A stretch of DNA of 64,000 nt from an uncultured bacterium (GTDB taxonomy: Bacteria; Verrucomicrobiota; Verrucomicrobiia; Verrucomicrobiales; DEV007), in assembly GCA_963977015.1 (NCBI GenBank), contig CAXBMO010000007.1, positions 206,649 through 270,648 on the forward strand. The letters are read 5' to 3'. The position numbers and the translations under genes are program-made. The notes beneath the pieces were generated by a model. That model was not told the DNA's origin. It saw only the letters and a list, made by a program, of their open reading frames with translations, and made no database searches. This document shows, in pieces, positions 7,720-18,306 of this stretch (position 1 is its first letter; each line of letters starts with the position of its first letter).

Positions 7720-10137
7720 ATGCGCTTTCGACTCTTTACCGCTCTTTTGATCGGCCTCGGCTCTGCTTCGGCCTTGGCGCAATCTTTTGATGAGCCCTTG
7801 ATCCCGTTTCTGGAGACCCACTGTTACGATTGCCACGACGACAGTCTGAAGAAGGGCGGTCTGGACCTGTTTGAGCTGGGTGTGGATTTGAGCGACGAAG
7901 CCGTTCAAGCGAAGTGGGTTCGCATTTATGATCGTGTGATGCGCGGCGAGATGCCGCCGGAGGATAAGAAGCAACCTACAGAGGAAGAACGTCGCGCCTT
8001 CAGCCGGCATTTGGCGATGCCCATCGCGAAGGCTCACGAGGAATCCAAGGGCACGGTTTTGCGGCGCCTGAACCGTGAAGAGTATGAAAATACGATGAAC
8101 GACCTGTTCGGCACGAAGCTGGAATTGGCGAAGATTTTGCCCGAAGACGCCCGCTCCCACGAGTTCTCGAATGTGGGTGAGTCGCTCAGCATCTCCATGG
8201 TGCAGATGGAGCGTTATCTTCAGGCCGTCGACCTGGTGTGGGAGGATTTTATCGTCGACGACATCAAAGGCCTGGAATCCAACGTGATCCGGGTCAGCTA
8301 TGCGGAAACCCGGGAGGCCGAGAAGTTCATCGGCACGAGCTGGCATCAGGCAAAAGATGGGGCGGTGGTCTTTTTTCGGCGAGTGGGATACCCGACCGGA
8401 ATGCTTCGTGGGTCGGGAGTTCGCGAACCCGGTCGCTACAAGATCCGCGTCACCGGGTATGCCTATCAATCGGAGAACCCCATCACCTTCTTCCTCGGCG
8501 GAACGACGTTTGCCCGAGGCGTTGAGAAGCCGACTTACGGCTACTATCAATTGAAGCCGGGCAAGCCGCAGACGATCGAAATTGAGACCACGATTCCTCA
8601 CAATTACATGGTTCAGATTGAGCCGGAAGGGATTTCGGTTTCCACTCCCGAACTGAAGAAGATCGGCATCGAAAACTACAAGGGGCCGGGCCTCGCCATC
8701 AACCATGTCGAGATTGAAGGCCCGCTGGTGGAGGAGTTTCCGAAACGCGGATACCGTCTCATTTTCGACGGCATTGATCGCCATGAAGTGATGCCGAACA
8801 ATCCCAAGGATCGGGAACGAAGCTATTATCGGCCGAAGTTTGACGTTACCTCGGAAGATCCAAGCCGCGACGCTGCGCAGTCGTTCAAACGCCTCGCGAC
8901 CGCGGCCTTTCGACGCCCGGTCCAGAACGCTGAACTAACGCCTTACCTTGACCTCTTCAATGCTGAAATGGAAAGTGGTTCCACTTTCGAAGAATCACTT
9001 CGGACGGGTGTAAAAGCCATTCTCTGTTCGCCCAATTTTCTCTTTCTGCGCGAGAAACCCGGCAAACTGGATGATTACGCGCTGGCGTCCCGGCTCTCCT
9101 ACTTTCTCAATCGCACGAGCCCGGATGCGGAGTTGTTGGCCGACGCCGATGCCCGCCTGTTGGCCGGCGATCCCAAACGGTTGCTGAAGCATGCCGACCG
9201 ATTGCTGGCGAAGCCTCATTCCGAGCGTTTCGTCATCGACTTTACCGATGCGTGGCTGGATTTGCGAAACATCGAGTTTACCGCGCCCGATCGAACTCTG
9301 TTTCCTGAGTTCGATCCGTTTCTGCAGTTTTCGATGCTGGCCGAATCCCGCGCGTTTTTCGAAGAATTGTTGGAGCAGAACCTGAGCGTTTCCAATCTCG
9401 TCAAATCCGACTTTGCCATGTTGAACAACCGGTTGGGTAGGCACTACGGAATTGAGGGAGTGAAGAGCCCATCGATTCAACGCGTGAGCTTGCCCGCCGA
9501 CAGTCCTCGTGGCGGCTTTCTCAGTCAGGGAAGCGTGCTGAAGGTTTCCGCCAATGGGACCAACACATCGCCTGTTGTTCGTGGAGTTTGGGTGATGGAA
9601 CGCATTCTGGGGAAGACGCCACCTCCTCCGCCACCGGGAATCCCGGGAGTGGAACCCGATATTCGGGGAGCCGAGACCTTGCGGGATTTGCTCGACAAGC
9701 ACCGAAATTCGGAAACCTGCCGGAGTTGTCACCAGATGATCGATCCGCCGGGTTTCGCGCTGGAAAGCTTCAATCCGATCGGTGGTTGGCGCGAGCAGTT
9801 TCGCAGCCTCAACAACAAGGACAAACGTCCTGAGATCATCGTCAACGGACAGAATGTTCGTTACCGCATCGGACCCGAAGTCGACTCAAGTGGTCAGCTT
9901 GCCGATGGAAGTGAGTTTGCCGGTTTCAATGAGTTCCGGACCTTGCTGGCTCAAGATCAATCCACCCTGGCCCGCGCCCTCGTAACCAAGTTCCTTATCT
10001 TTGCCACGGGCCGCGAAATGGGATTTTCGGACCGTCCTGAAATCAACCGGATCGTGAAGACCGCCGCCAAGCAGGGATACGGGGTCCGTGATCTCTTGCA
10101 TCTCGCGATTTCCAGCGACATTTTTCAAAACAAATAG
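7720..10137 (+). CDS. PVC-type DUF1592/DUF1588 (PSD/PSCyt) protein with heme-c motifs
   Basis: Signal peptide; CYDCH and CRSCH; LRRLNREEYENT, LASRLSYFL, TSPVVRGVW, IDPPGFALE. Confidence 0.9.
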   Translation: MRFRLFTALLIGLGSASALAQSFDEPLIPFLETHCYDCHDDSLKKGGLDLFELGVDLSDEAVQAKWVRIYDRVMRGEMPPEDKKQPTEEERRAFSRHLAMPIAKAHEESKGTVLRRLNREEYENTMNDLFGTKLELAKILPEDARSHEFSNVGESLSISMVQMERYLQAVDLVWEDFIVDDIKGLESNVIRVSYAETREAEKFIGTSWHQAKDGAVVFFRRVGYPTGMLRGSGVREPGRYKIRVTGYAYQSENPITFFLGGTTFARGVEKPTYGYYQLKPGKPQTIEIETTIPHNYMVQIEPEGISVSTPELKKIGIENYKGPGLAINHVEIEGPLVEEFPKRGYRLIFDGIDRHEVMPNNPKDRERSYYRPKFDVTSEDPSRDAAQSFKRLATAAFRRPVQNAELTPYLDLFNAEMESGSTFEESLRTGVKAILCSPNFLFLREKPGKLDDYALASRLSYFLNRTSPDAELLADADARLLAGDPKRLLKHADRLLAKPHSERFVIDFTDAWLDLRNIEFTAPDRTLFPEFDPFLQFSMLAESRAFFEELLEQNLSVSNLVKSDFAMLNNRLGRHYGIEGVKSPSIQRVSLPADSPRGGFLSQGSVLKVSANGTNTSPVVRGVWVMERILGKTPPPPPPGIPGVEPDIRGAETLRDLLDKHRNSETCRSCHQMIDPPGFALESFNPIGGWREQFRSLNNKDKRPEIIVNGQNVRYRIGPEVDSSGQLADGSEFAGFNEFRTLLAQDQSTLARALVTKFLIFATGREMGFSDRPEINRIVKTAAKQGYGVRDLLHLAISSDIFQNK

Positions 10138-10164
10138 CCCCTTCCACTCCGTCCACCTTTCGCC

Positions 10165-11463
10165 ATGAACAGCCCTCACCTCGCTACCGGTTCCCACCTG
10201 AGCCGACGCCACTTTCTCCGCGGAACCGGCGCAGCCGCCTTGAGCCTTCCGATTCTGGACGCCATGACTCCGGCGTTTGCCGCAACGGCCCCGGCAAAGT
10301 CGCCACCCCGATTTGTCGCGATGTGCGCCGGCCTCGGATTCCATACGCCTTACCTGTTTCCTGAGAAACCCGGCAAAGACTATCAGGACACCCCCTACCT
10401 GAGCCGCTTGAAGGCGCATCGCAATCAGATGACGATCTTGTCGGGATTTTCACATCCCGAACAACAGGGAAACAATGGACACGCATCCAGCCTGACGTGG
10501 TTGACCTCGGCAAAACGACCGGGGTTGGCAGGCTTCAAGAACAGCATCTCCCTTGATCAGCTGATTGCCAGCCAGATCGGGATTGAAACGCGATATCCCT
10601 ACCTCACGCTTTCTTCTGGGGGCAGTTCGCTTTCCTGGACCTCCAACGGGGTCGAGATTCCAGCCCAGAATTCTCCCGCCAATATTTTCAAGGCGCTTTT
10701 TATCGATGGGACGGAAGCAGAGATTGCCGCTGAGATGCGAAGCTTCCAACGGGGACGAAGCATTATGGATACCGTATTGGGAGAAGCGAAGAAGCTGCAC
10801 AATGAGCTGGGGCATCGCGACCAGGAGAAGCTTGACGAGTATCTGACTTCGGTTCGTGAGCTCGAACAACGCCTCCAGCAATCCGAGAACTGGTCCCAAC
10901 AGCCCAAGCCCAAAATTGACGCCGAACCGCCTACCGACATTAGTGATCGGAATGACATCATTGGGAAGCAACGGCTTCTGAATGACATGATCGTTCTGGC
11001 GCTGCAAACGGATTCGACAAGAACCGTGACGTTCCAATTGGGCAGTCTCAACTCACCGCCCAGCAATATCGAGGGAGTGAACACCGATTGGCACAACCTC
11101 TCACACCACGGCAAGGACGAAGCCAAGATCGAAGAATTGAAACTGATTGAGGAAGCGGAGTTTGATGTCTTCAACGAGTTCCTCACCAAGCTCTCCAGCA
11201 TCAACGAGAACGGCCAGACGCTCCTGGACCGCACATCGGTTCTGTATGGTTCGAATCTGGGGAATGCGAGCAGCCACAACTGGCGCAACCTTCCCTTGAT
11301 CCTCGCCGGTGGCGGATTCAACCACGGTTCCTACATCGCGCATGATCCTGACAACAATACGCCATTCGCCAACCTCCTGGTTCCGTTGGCGCAGCGCATG
11401 GGAGTCGAGATCGACCAGTTCGGGAGCAGCACCTCAGCGGGAATCGCGGAGTTGAGCGTGTGA
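10165..11463 (+). CDS. DUF1552-family Tat-exported protein
   Basis: SRRHFLRG Tat motif; SLDQLIA, DQEKLDEYLTSVRELE, LALQTDSTR, WHNLSHH, NLPLILAGG; usual partner of the DUF1592 gene. Confidence 0.9.
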   Translation: MNSPHLATGSHLSRRHFLRGTGAAALSLPILDAMTPAFAATAPAKSPPRFVAMCAGLGFHTPYLFPEKPGKDYQDTPYLSRLKAHRNQMTILSGFSHPEQQGNNGHASSLTWLTSAKRPGLAGFKNSISLDQLIASQIGIETRYPYLTLSSGGSSLSWTSNGVEIPAQNSPANIFKALFIDGTEAEIAAEMRSFQRGRSIMDTVLGEAKKLHNELGHRDQEKLDEYLTSVRELEQRLQQSENWSQQPKPKIDAEPPTDISDRNDIIGKQRLLNDMIVLALQTDSTRTVTFQLGSLNSPPSNIEGVNTDWHNLSHHGKDEAKIEELKLIEEAEFDVFNEFLTKLSSINENGQTLLDRTSVLYGSNLGNASSHNWRNLPLILAGGGFNHGSYIAHDPDNNTPFANLLVPLAQRMGVEIDQFGSSTSAGIAELSV

Positions 11464-12566
11464 TCTACGACGTCATTGTTCTGGGAACGGGGGGAGTCGG
11501 CAGTGCCGCGCTTCACCATCTGGCACAGCGCGGAGTCCGGGTTCTCGGCCTTGATCAGTTTCCCGGCGGTCACAGCTTGGGGAGTTCGCACGGGGCGACG
11601 CGCATCATCCGCAAGGCCTACTTCGAACATCCCAATTACGTTCCCCTGCTGAACCGTGCTTATGACCTGTGGAAAGCGCTCGAAGCGGAAACCCGGAAGC
11701 CGCTCTATGCCGAAACGGGCCTGGTTGAAGTTGGTCCACCCGATGGGGCGATCGTTCCCGGCGTTCTCAAAGCCGCTGCGGAACACGGACTACCGGTCGA
11801 AACCATTGCCGAACGGGATTTCCGCGATCGTTTTCCCGCTCTGCGACTTCCCGAAGGGGCTGTTGCGTTGTTTGAACAGGAAGCGGGTTTCCTTCGGGTT
11901 GAAGACTGCGTTCTCGCGCATCTCCAGTCTGCGAGCGAACACGGTGCCAGTTGGAAACAGGAGAGCGTGATCGGCTGGGAAGCGGACGGTTCTGGAGTTG
12001 TGGTCGAGACATCTGAACAACGCTATCAGGCCCAGTCGCTTGCCATCGCCGCGGGCGCGTGGTCGGGCCCCATGCTTCGGGACATTGGGCATCCCCTGCG
12101 CATTTTGCTGCAACATCTACTTTGGTATGAAAGCGGCGAAGCTACGACGTTGGAATCCGGATTTCCCTGCTTTTTCTACGAAACCGGCGAGGGCTACTTC
12201 TATGGTTTTCCGAAACTCGACGCGCAGGGCTTGAAGGTGGCCGAGCATGGAGGAGGCGTCGAGATTCCAGTCCCCCAAAAGGCGGCAGAGGTTAATCCAA
12301 AGGTGGAGGGACGAATTGAAACGTTTCTTCGCGAAAACATCCCCAGTGTGTCCAACACAAGGACGCGCCATGAGTCGTGTTACTACACGATGTCCCGGGA
12401 CGAACACTTCATCGTGGACCGTCACCCGATTCATGAGCAGGTCAGCTTTATCGCCGGGCTCTCCGGCCACGGATTCAAGTTCGCATCAGTTCTGGGTGAG
12501 GCATTGGCCGATTTGGCGACCGGGAAAAACCTTTCGAGCGAGTTTGATTTCCTGAGGCTTCGATAG
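11460..12566 (+). CDS. solA: N-methyl-L-tryptophan oxidase / monomeric sarcosine oxidase family
   Basis: GTGGVG FAD motif, GSSHGATRIIR, CYYT (flavinylated Cys), GLSGHGFKF. Confidence 0.88.
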   Translation: MIYDVIVLGTGGVGSAALHHLAQRGVRVLGLDQFPGGHSLGSSHGATRIIRKAYFEHPNYVPLLNRAYDLWKALEAETRKPLYAETGLVEVGPPDGAIVPGVLKAAAEHGLPVETIAERDFRDRFPALRLPEGAVALFEQEAGFLRVEDCVLAHLQSASEHGASWKQESVIGWEADGSGVVVETSEQRYQAQSLAIAAGAWSGPMLRDIGHPLRILLQHLLWYESGEATTLESGFPCFFYETGEGYFYGFPKLDAQGLKVAEHGGGVEIPVPQKAAEVNPKVEGRIETFLRENIPSVSNTRTRHESCYYTMSRDEHFIVDRHPIHEQVSFIAGLSGHGFKFASVLGEALADLATGKNLSSEFDFLRLR

Positions 12567-12573
12567 ATTGGAT

Positions 12574-15500
12574 CTAACGAACCTCCAGCAGCACCGGTTG
12601 GGTTTCCCCACGAACTTCGGGCTCATAGTATTGATACGCGACGCTGGCTGGGGCCTGCACCTTGACCGGGAACTTTGCCCGCAACTGATAGCGGAACTGC
12701 AATGGCTTTCCATCTCCCGGAATCGCATTAAAATAGAGTGTGACTTGGCGTCCCTTTGGCTCGAATCGTTGGATGGTGCCCTTCTTCAACAACGCCTGAA
12801 AGGAGGCTGCCTCGATTTCAAAACCTGGTGGGATTCCGAGGTCAACCAGCGTCATGGGTGCAAAACCCGGGCGGTTGTAACGCAGGGTCACGTCAACGTT
12901 GAGAAGATCGCGGCTCGCCAATTCCGTCGTTTCGTAATCGGTTTCGATCTCCAGGATTTGCTCGGTTTCGCCTTCCTCGTCCGCATGAGGTTCGTAGTGC
13001 ACCGCAACCAGCTGGTAGGCAAGGTTCGCCTCGCGATTGATGTTGAGAACGACTTCGTTGTCCCCGGCTTTCACGAACTCGGTCAGACTGACCAGGTGGA
13101 AAACATCTGCGTTTTCCTTCGTAATTTCGAGCGGATTGGTCACGTCTCCATTTGCCGAGATCTGAACCGTCACGGCGCCTTTGATCTTACCTGCTGAGCC
13201 GGCCCCCATCAGCAAGGCGCGCATCGCCTGGACCGTCGCCTGAGTTGAATGCCAGGTTCCGCCGCTGTCACGCTGGGAGATCAGCCAGGCCAGGGCTTTG
13301 TGCGCCGTTGAAATAGAAGCATTCGCGCGCATCATCGCCTGGGCAATCAAGGCCGTGGTTTCAATGTCGAAAGAGCCACCCCGGCCATAGGTCAATCCCT
13401 CCCCTTCCGCTTTCCAAAACACAACGCCGTCCTGCTCCTGCTTCATCGAATCCAACTGGCGAATCACCTCACGCGCCTCCGCATCTCTTCCCGCCGTGAC
13501 AAACGCGTTTGCGACCAACGCCAACGTGTAGGCGTCATTGACGCCGTCACTCTTCGCGGCCAGAAAGTCAAAGCTTGCATCCAGTTCCTTCCCGCCACCA
13601 GCTTCGGCAACGGCCCAGGCGATGTAAGCGGTGGAACGCAACGCCGCGTCTTCACGCGAGTTCTTGAAATTGTTGATCGCACCTTCAGCGATTCCACCCG
13701 TGGGAGGATCCCAGCTTCCATTATTCTGGCGCTGTTGCATGAGCCAGCTCCGCGTGCGCTCGATCACAGCTTGGTCGACTTCATAGACTTTGGCCATGTC
13801 CACGAACTCCATCAGGCCATACGCGGTCAGGATCGTGTGGGCCGGAGGATTTCCAAACCAATCAAATCCTCCTCCATTCACTTCGTAGGACAACAGTCGC
13901 TGATATCCCTGGGCAATAAAGTCCAAGGCCTTCATCTCCAATTCCGGCTTAGCCTGTTTCGTATCGCGAAGATAGTTCAACACCAGCACATTCGGATAGG
14001 TGGTCGATGAGGTTTGCTCGAAACAACCGTAGGGCATTCGGAAGATGGAGTCCATGCCCTCCACGACCTGGCTAAACGCTCCGGGATAGATCTTCACAAA
14101 GAGGTCACTGCCACCGGAAATCGCATTTGCCGGGATCTGGATGCTCTCCTGCGTTTCTGTTGTGAGCCTCCCATTCTTTACAAGCTCCATTCTCTCACCA
14201 TTCGGAACCACCCGAACCGTGCGTTCAACGGCATCGGCCAACTTTGATCCCTGCGCAAAGACCGTGAGGGAGTGACGTCCCGCTTCCAGCGCGCGAATGC
14301 GATAGCTCGACTGCATCACTCCACCTCCCGAAGCTTCGAGTGTTTTTTCCGGGACGTCAGATACCAACTCATACCAGTCTTCGGCTTGGGCCTTGAGCTG
14401 AATCGATTGCGGCTCTGAGAGATAATTGAAAATGGCGATCGGAATCGTAATTTCGTCGCCCTGGGTCAGTTCAGTCGGGAAATCGATATCGATGAAGAAA
14501 TCCTGGAATACACGAATTCCACGCTCAAACGAGCCGAGTGATCCGTCTCGCGACACCGCACTTCCTGACAATCGCCAGGTCGTGATCGAGTCGGCGAGCG
14601 CCAACTCCAACGAAGCCTTCCCATCAGCACCGGTTAGAAGCTGCGGTTGCCACAAGAGGGTCTCTGGGAAATGGCGGCGAATCCGGGGAGGTTCGGCTTC
14701 ACTGCCATCGTGACCATTTGGACCAAGTGAGCCAGCTTCGGACCTTCCAAAAGCGGCCTCGGCCACCATCATGTCACCATCAAATCGTTCCGCCTTTTCG
14801 ATGAAGACGTCCAATGCATTCTGGGTCCTCCCGCCGTCCGCAAACGCCCCCAACTTGGAGAAGACCGCCAGAAGAATTACCGGGATCAGGGTGAAGGCGG
14901 TATTTGCCACGAGGATTCCCAGCCTTTGCGGAAGGGTTTGCCAACCGCTCAAGGACTTTCGCAGGAATCCAATCAGCCCCGCCAGCAAAAAGAGAATCAC
15001 AAACGAAGCCAGGGTCAACCGCAGGAACGTCGATTCATGGATTGCAGAACGATTCGACTCATTGGCGACGACGAACCCCGTTACCATGAGCCCGGAAAGG
15101 CCATAGACAATCGGGATCAACACGACCATCTGGCGGAACAGCGAGAGGTGCCTGCTAGAATGCTTCAGCCTGCGGAGCTCCGCAGATTTGATTCCGAGCC
15201 ACACGGTTCCCGTGATCATCAACACTACCCAAATAACGAACGCCATGGGAGCGGATAGATAGCCGATCGCCCGGCCGATCAGCATCATCAGAATTGGAGG
15301 CGCCAGCGTCGCGGTCAGGATGATCCAGAAAAATTGGCGCATGCGTCGTTGAAATTCGATGAGGTGAAGTTCTTCGGACTCGCCCGGGCGGAAGCGCAAA
15401 CGCGACAGTCCGTAGCCCGCAAAGACCAGCGAACAAACGATCAACAAGCCAAAAGGAAAGGTTACCAACAACCGGAACAACTCATCAGCATTCTGGCGCT

Positions 15501-17652
15501 TGCGTTCCTGCAGTTTATTGCGGCGCTCTGCCTGGGAACTGCTCTCCGCAGAGATCGGTCCGCCGGGATCGGCAGCCGCGGCGAAGGCAATGACATTCGC
15601 TTCTTCGAGCTCAGGCGTCGGCGCCCCGGGATCCGGTATTGCCGTGAAGTCTGACGGAGGTTGAGCGACAAACTGCGCTCTCGGTTTGAGGATTTCTTCC
15701 TGGATCAGGAAATACATTTCTTCCAGTCCGGGGCGAGAGTCGTTCAGTGCAAAAACGGCCTCATCAACTGCGGCAAGACTCAGGGCGGCCTCGACAGGTG
15801 ATCCGTCCTTCGACGTGACCAGGAACTCGATCATTGCCTTCTCCGCGGGTCGATACGTTTCGGCGTCGAGCTTGGCCTGAACCTGGAGTTGGTCCGCGCG
15901 ATGCACCTGGATCAGCTTGGAATCCCGGGCGATGTCTCCGTTATCCAGAATTGCGTAGGCCTGCAGTTGAAGCGTCCCGGCAAGGTCGAGCGGGATATCG
16001 TAGGCATATTCTCCCATTCCGCGTTTCAACTCGATCGAGGACGTCGCCAAGGATCGACCATTTTTCACAACATCGAGGAACACACGTTTCGCTTTTGACG
16101 CAGAAAGCACCTTCAAGTTGGCAGTCTGCCCCTGTCGGTAAATCGCCCCATCAGTCCTAAGCAGGATCCCATCGACCTGCACGCCAACCGCAAGCTCCTT
16201 GGTCACCTTCACCTCGGCACCCCGATCCGAGCGGGCTGAAAGCGACAGCTTCAAGTTCGGTTTGTCAGGAGTCAGCTTCACCTTGCCAATTCCCAACTCA
16301 TTGGTTTCCACGCGAGACCCTCCTCCGGTGTAGATAACTGCTTTGGCAGGCGTCCCGTCCGGATAGGCCGCCACGATGTAGAGCGTATTCTCCACGTTTT
16401 GAACCAGTTCACCGCTTTCCGGGAAGACCTCGACGCGCAACGGCTGATTCGTCACCTTGACCTGAAGAGGATGTCTGCGGGTCTCACCGGTTGCATCGGT
16501 CACTTCGGCCGTGAACCGAACAAACGCGTCTCCCTGATTCAAGGACTGTCCAACGAAGGCATCTTTGAGAGCAATCTCCGTTTCGAATGATCCCTGATCA
16601 TTCGTCGTTCCTGTGACGGTTTGGAAGGTTCGAAACCGCTCGATAAACTCGTCTGAAACGATGCGGATCTTGCCTCCCGCAACCGGCTTTCCAAAGGTGT
16701 AGTCGGCATTCAACTCAAGCCGGACCTTGTCGCCCGGGGCATAGTAGCCGCGATCCGCCCGAAGACTGACCTTGAACTTGGGAAGCACATAGCGCTCGAC
16801 CTTCACCTCGCGCTCAGAGGTCGTGTCATCAATCGTGACCGCGATCGTATAGCTTCCTTCGTTGACCTGGTTCGCCAACTTGAAGTCCGCTGACGCGATG
16901 CCAAATTCGCTCGTGGCGATGAGCTTGCGGAACACCTTGTTCCCCTTTGCGTCCCTGACTTCAAAAGCCACCTCACGCGATGAGGCAGGTTTCAGGGAAT
17001 CGGCCTCCATCGAAAGCGCCCGCATGTGAATGATCTGGCCGGGCTGATAGAGCGGCTTGTCCGTGCTTAGCATGGTTCGAAAGGATCGCCGAACCGTGAT
17101 TGACTCCTCGGTGTTCGCCTTGCCGGATTTCCCGCGAACCTCGGCCACCAACTTATAAGCCCCTTCCTCGACCGTATTTCTGACTTCGGCGGAGAGATCC
17201 GCAATCCCGTTCTCATCGGTTCGCGCAGAGCCGAGACGCCGCGATGATCCATCATCCCCAATCATCATCACTCGGACCTTGGCATTCTCAACCGGCCGAC
17301 GAGTTTCCTCACTTCGCACGAAAACTCGCACCGGCGTGATTTGCCCGGGTTCAACTCTTGGCTGCGTCACCATCACCACCTGCGTTGGATCGGGTTGTGC
17401 CGTTTCCACGACCCAGGTCTTGCCACCAAGTCCGATTGCGAAGAGAAAGGCGATCAACGCCGCGACCTTCCAGAACCCGCCACTAAAGAGCCAGGGCCAA
17501 GCATTTTCGCTTTCACCGTCCTGCCCCCCGATTCGCCGCTTGACGGCAGCGATGAAGCCTTCGTCATCTCCCGGTCCGCCCTTGCGACCGTATTCCTTCA
17601 TCATGCCGTCCATTGCGGCATCTTTACTGTTTTCGTTAGGTTCTTCAGGCAT
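12574..17652 (-). CDS. Membrane-anchored alpha-2-macroglobulin-family protein with an internal multi-pass TM insert
   Basis: TDKPLYQPG, YVLPKFKV, AAVDEAVF, RRHFPETLLW, DSITTW; thioester motif PYGCFEQ (CFEQ at 14014-14025); YQRLL, WHSTQAT, YQYYEPE. Start placed at MPEEPNE, overlapping the sigma stop. Confidence 0.92.
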   Translation of the reverse strand: MPEEPNENSKDAAMDGMMKEYGRKGGPGDDEGFIAAVKRRIGGQDGESENAWPWLFSGGFWKVAALIAFLFAIGLGGKTWVVETAQPDPTQVVMVTQPRVEPGQITPVRVFVRSEETRRPVENAKVRVMMIGDDGSSRRLGSARTDENGIADLSAEVRNTVEEGAYKLVAEVRGKSGKANTEESITVRRSFRTMLSTDKPLYQPGQIIHMRALSMEADSLKPASSREVAFEVRDAKGNKVFRKLIATSEFGIASADFKLANQVNEGSYTIAVTIDDTTSEREVKVERYVLPKFKVSLRADRGYYAPGDKVRLELNADYTFGKPVAGGKIRIVSDEFIERFRTFQTVTGTTNDQGSFETEIALKDAFVGQSLNQGDAFVRFTAEVTDATGETRRHPLQVKVTNQPLRVEVFPESGELVQNVENTLYIVAAYPDGTPAKAVIYTGGGSRVETNELGIGKVKLTPDKPNLKLSLSARSDRGAEVKVTKELAVGVQVDGILLRTDGAIYRQGQTANLKVLSASKAKRVFLDVVKNGRSLATSSIELKRGMGEYAYDIPLDLAGTLQLQAYAILDNGDIARDSKLIQVHRADQLQVQAKLDAETYRPAEKAMIEFLVTSKDGSPVEAALSLAAVDEAVFALNDSRPGLEEMYFLIQEEILKPRAQFVAQPPSDFTAIPDPGAPTPELEEANVIAFAAAADPGGPISAESSSQAERRNKLQERKRQNADELFRLLVTFPFGLLIVCSLVFAGYGLSRLRFRPGESEELHLIEFQRRMRQFFWIILTATLAPPILMMLIGRAIGYLSAPMAFVIWVVLMITGTVWLGIKSAELRRLKHSSRHLSLFRQMVVLIPIVYGLSGLMVTGFVVANESNRSAIHESTFLRLTLASFVILFLLAGLIGFLRKSLSGWQTLPQRLGILVANTAFTLIPVILLAVFSKLGAFADGGRTQNALDVFIEKAERFDGDMMVAEAAFGRSEAGSLGPNGHDGSEAEPPRIRRHFPETLLWQPQLLTGADGKASLELALADSITTWRLSGSAVSRDGSLGSFERGIRVFQDFFIDIDFPTELTQGDEITIPIAIFNYLSEPQSIQLKAQAEDWYELVSDVPEKTLEASGGGVMQSSYRIRALEAGRHSLTVFAQGSKLADAVERTVRVVPNGERMELVKNGRLTTETQESIQIPANAISGGSDLFVKIYPGAFSQVVEGMDSIFRMPYGCFEQTSSTTYPNVLVLNYLRDTKQAKPELEMKALDFIAQGYQRLLSYEVNGGGFDWFGNPPAHTILTAYGLMEFVDMAKVYEVDQAVIERTRSWLMQQRQNNGSWDPPTGGIAEGAINNFKNSREDAALRSTAYIAWAVAEAGGGKELDASFDFLAAKSDGVNDAYTLALVANAFVTAGRDAEAREVIRQLDSMKQEQDGVVFWKAEGEGLTYGRGGSFDIETTALIAQAMMRANASISTAHKALAWLISQRDSGGTWHSTQATVQAMRALLMGAGSAGKIKGAVTVQISANGDVTNPLEITKENADVFHLVSLTEFVKAGDNEVVLNINREANLAYQLVAVHYEPHADEEGETEQILEIETDYETTELASRDLLNVDVTLRYNRPGFAPMTLVDLGIPPGFEIEAASFQALLKKGTIQRFEPKGRQVTLYFNAIPGDGKPLQFRYQLRAKFPVKVQAPASVAYQYYEPEVRGETQPVLLEVR

Positions 17653-18169
17653 GATTTTCCGATTGTTGGGTGATGCATTTGCCCAATTGGGCGCGAGCGC
17701 GTTGCAGTCGTTTCCGAATGGCGGCCTCGTCGGCATCCAGCCGTTTGGCCACCTCTACGCCACTCAGTTTTTGAAGATAAAATAGATCGACAGCCTTCCC
17801 CATTAATTCCGGCAACTTGCGAATGCAGCGATGCAAAACGGCGAACAGATCCGTGCCGGTTTCCGACTCTTGTTGATCCCAGGAACGATGCTGAGCTTCG
17901 ATCGCCTCCAGCATTTCCTCATCCATGCCGACCAGTTTCTGGGCGCGGGCCCATTCGCGAACTTTGTTCCGGACAATTCCTCGCATCCAACTGCCGAAAT
18001 CCCGGGTGACATCGAATTTTTCCAGGTTGGTCCAGGCAATGACAAAGGCGTCTTGAACCAGATCGCGCGCGGCATCGTTCCCACCGGTAATCGAGAAAGC
18101 GTAAGCCAAAAGCCGGCGATGATGCTGCCGAACGAGAATTTCAAAGGCTTTGGAGGGGTCTTGCGTCAC
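17645..18169 (-). CDS. ECF sigma-70 factor
   Basis: ARDLVQDAF, FGSWMRGIVRN (region 2); HTH EVAKRLD...IRKRLQRAR (region 4). Confidence 0.92.
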   Translation of the reverse strand: MTQDPSKAFEILVRQHHRRLLAYAFSITGGNDAARDLVQDAFVIAWTNLEKFDVTRDFGSWMRGIVRNKVREWARAQKLVGMDEEMLEAIEAQHRSWDQQESETGTDLFAVLHRCIRKLPELMGKAVDLFYLQKLSGVEVAKRLDADEAAIRKRLQRARAQLGKCITQQSENHA

Positions 18170-18306
18170 GAATTCTGGACTTGAGTTGAGAGTAGTTGAA
18201 AAAGAAACGGGATTTGTGACATGGAATCTGAGAAAATGACACGATCCAATCCATTCGGTGATTCTCTTGACTTAAGAGCCGACGATGAGACCGAACGAAA
18301 CCTAAT

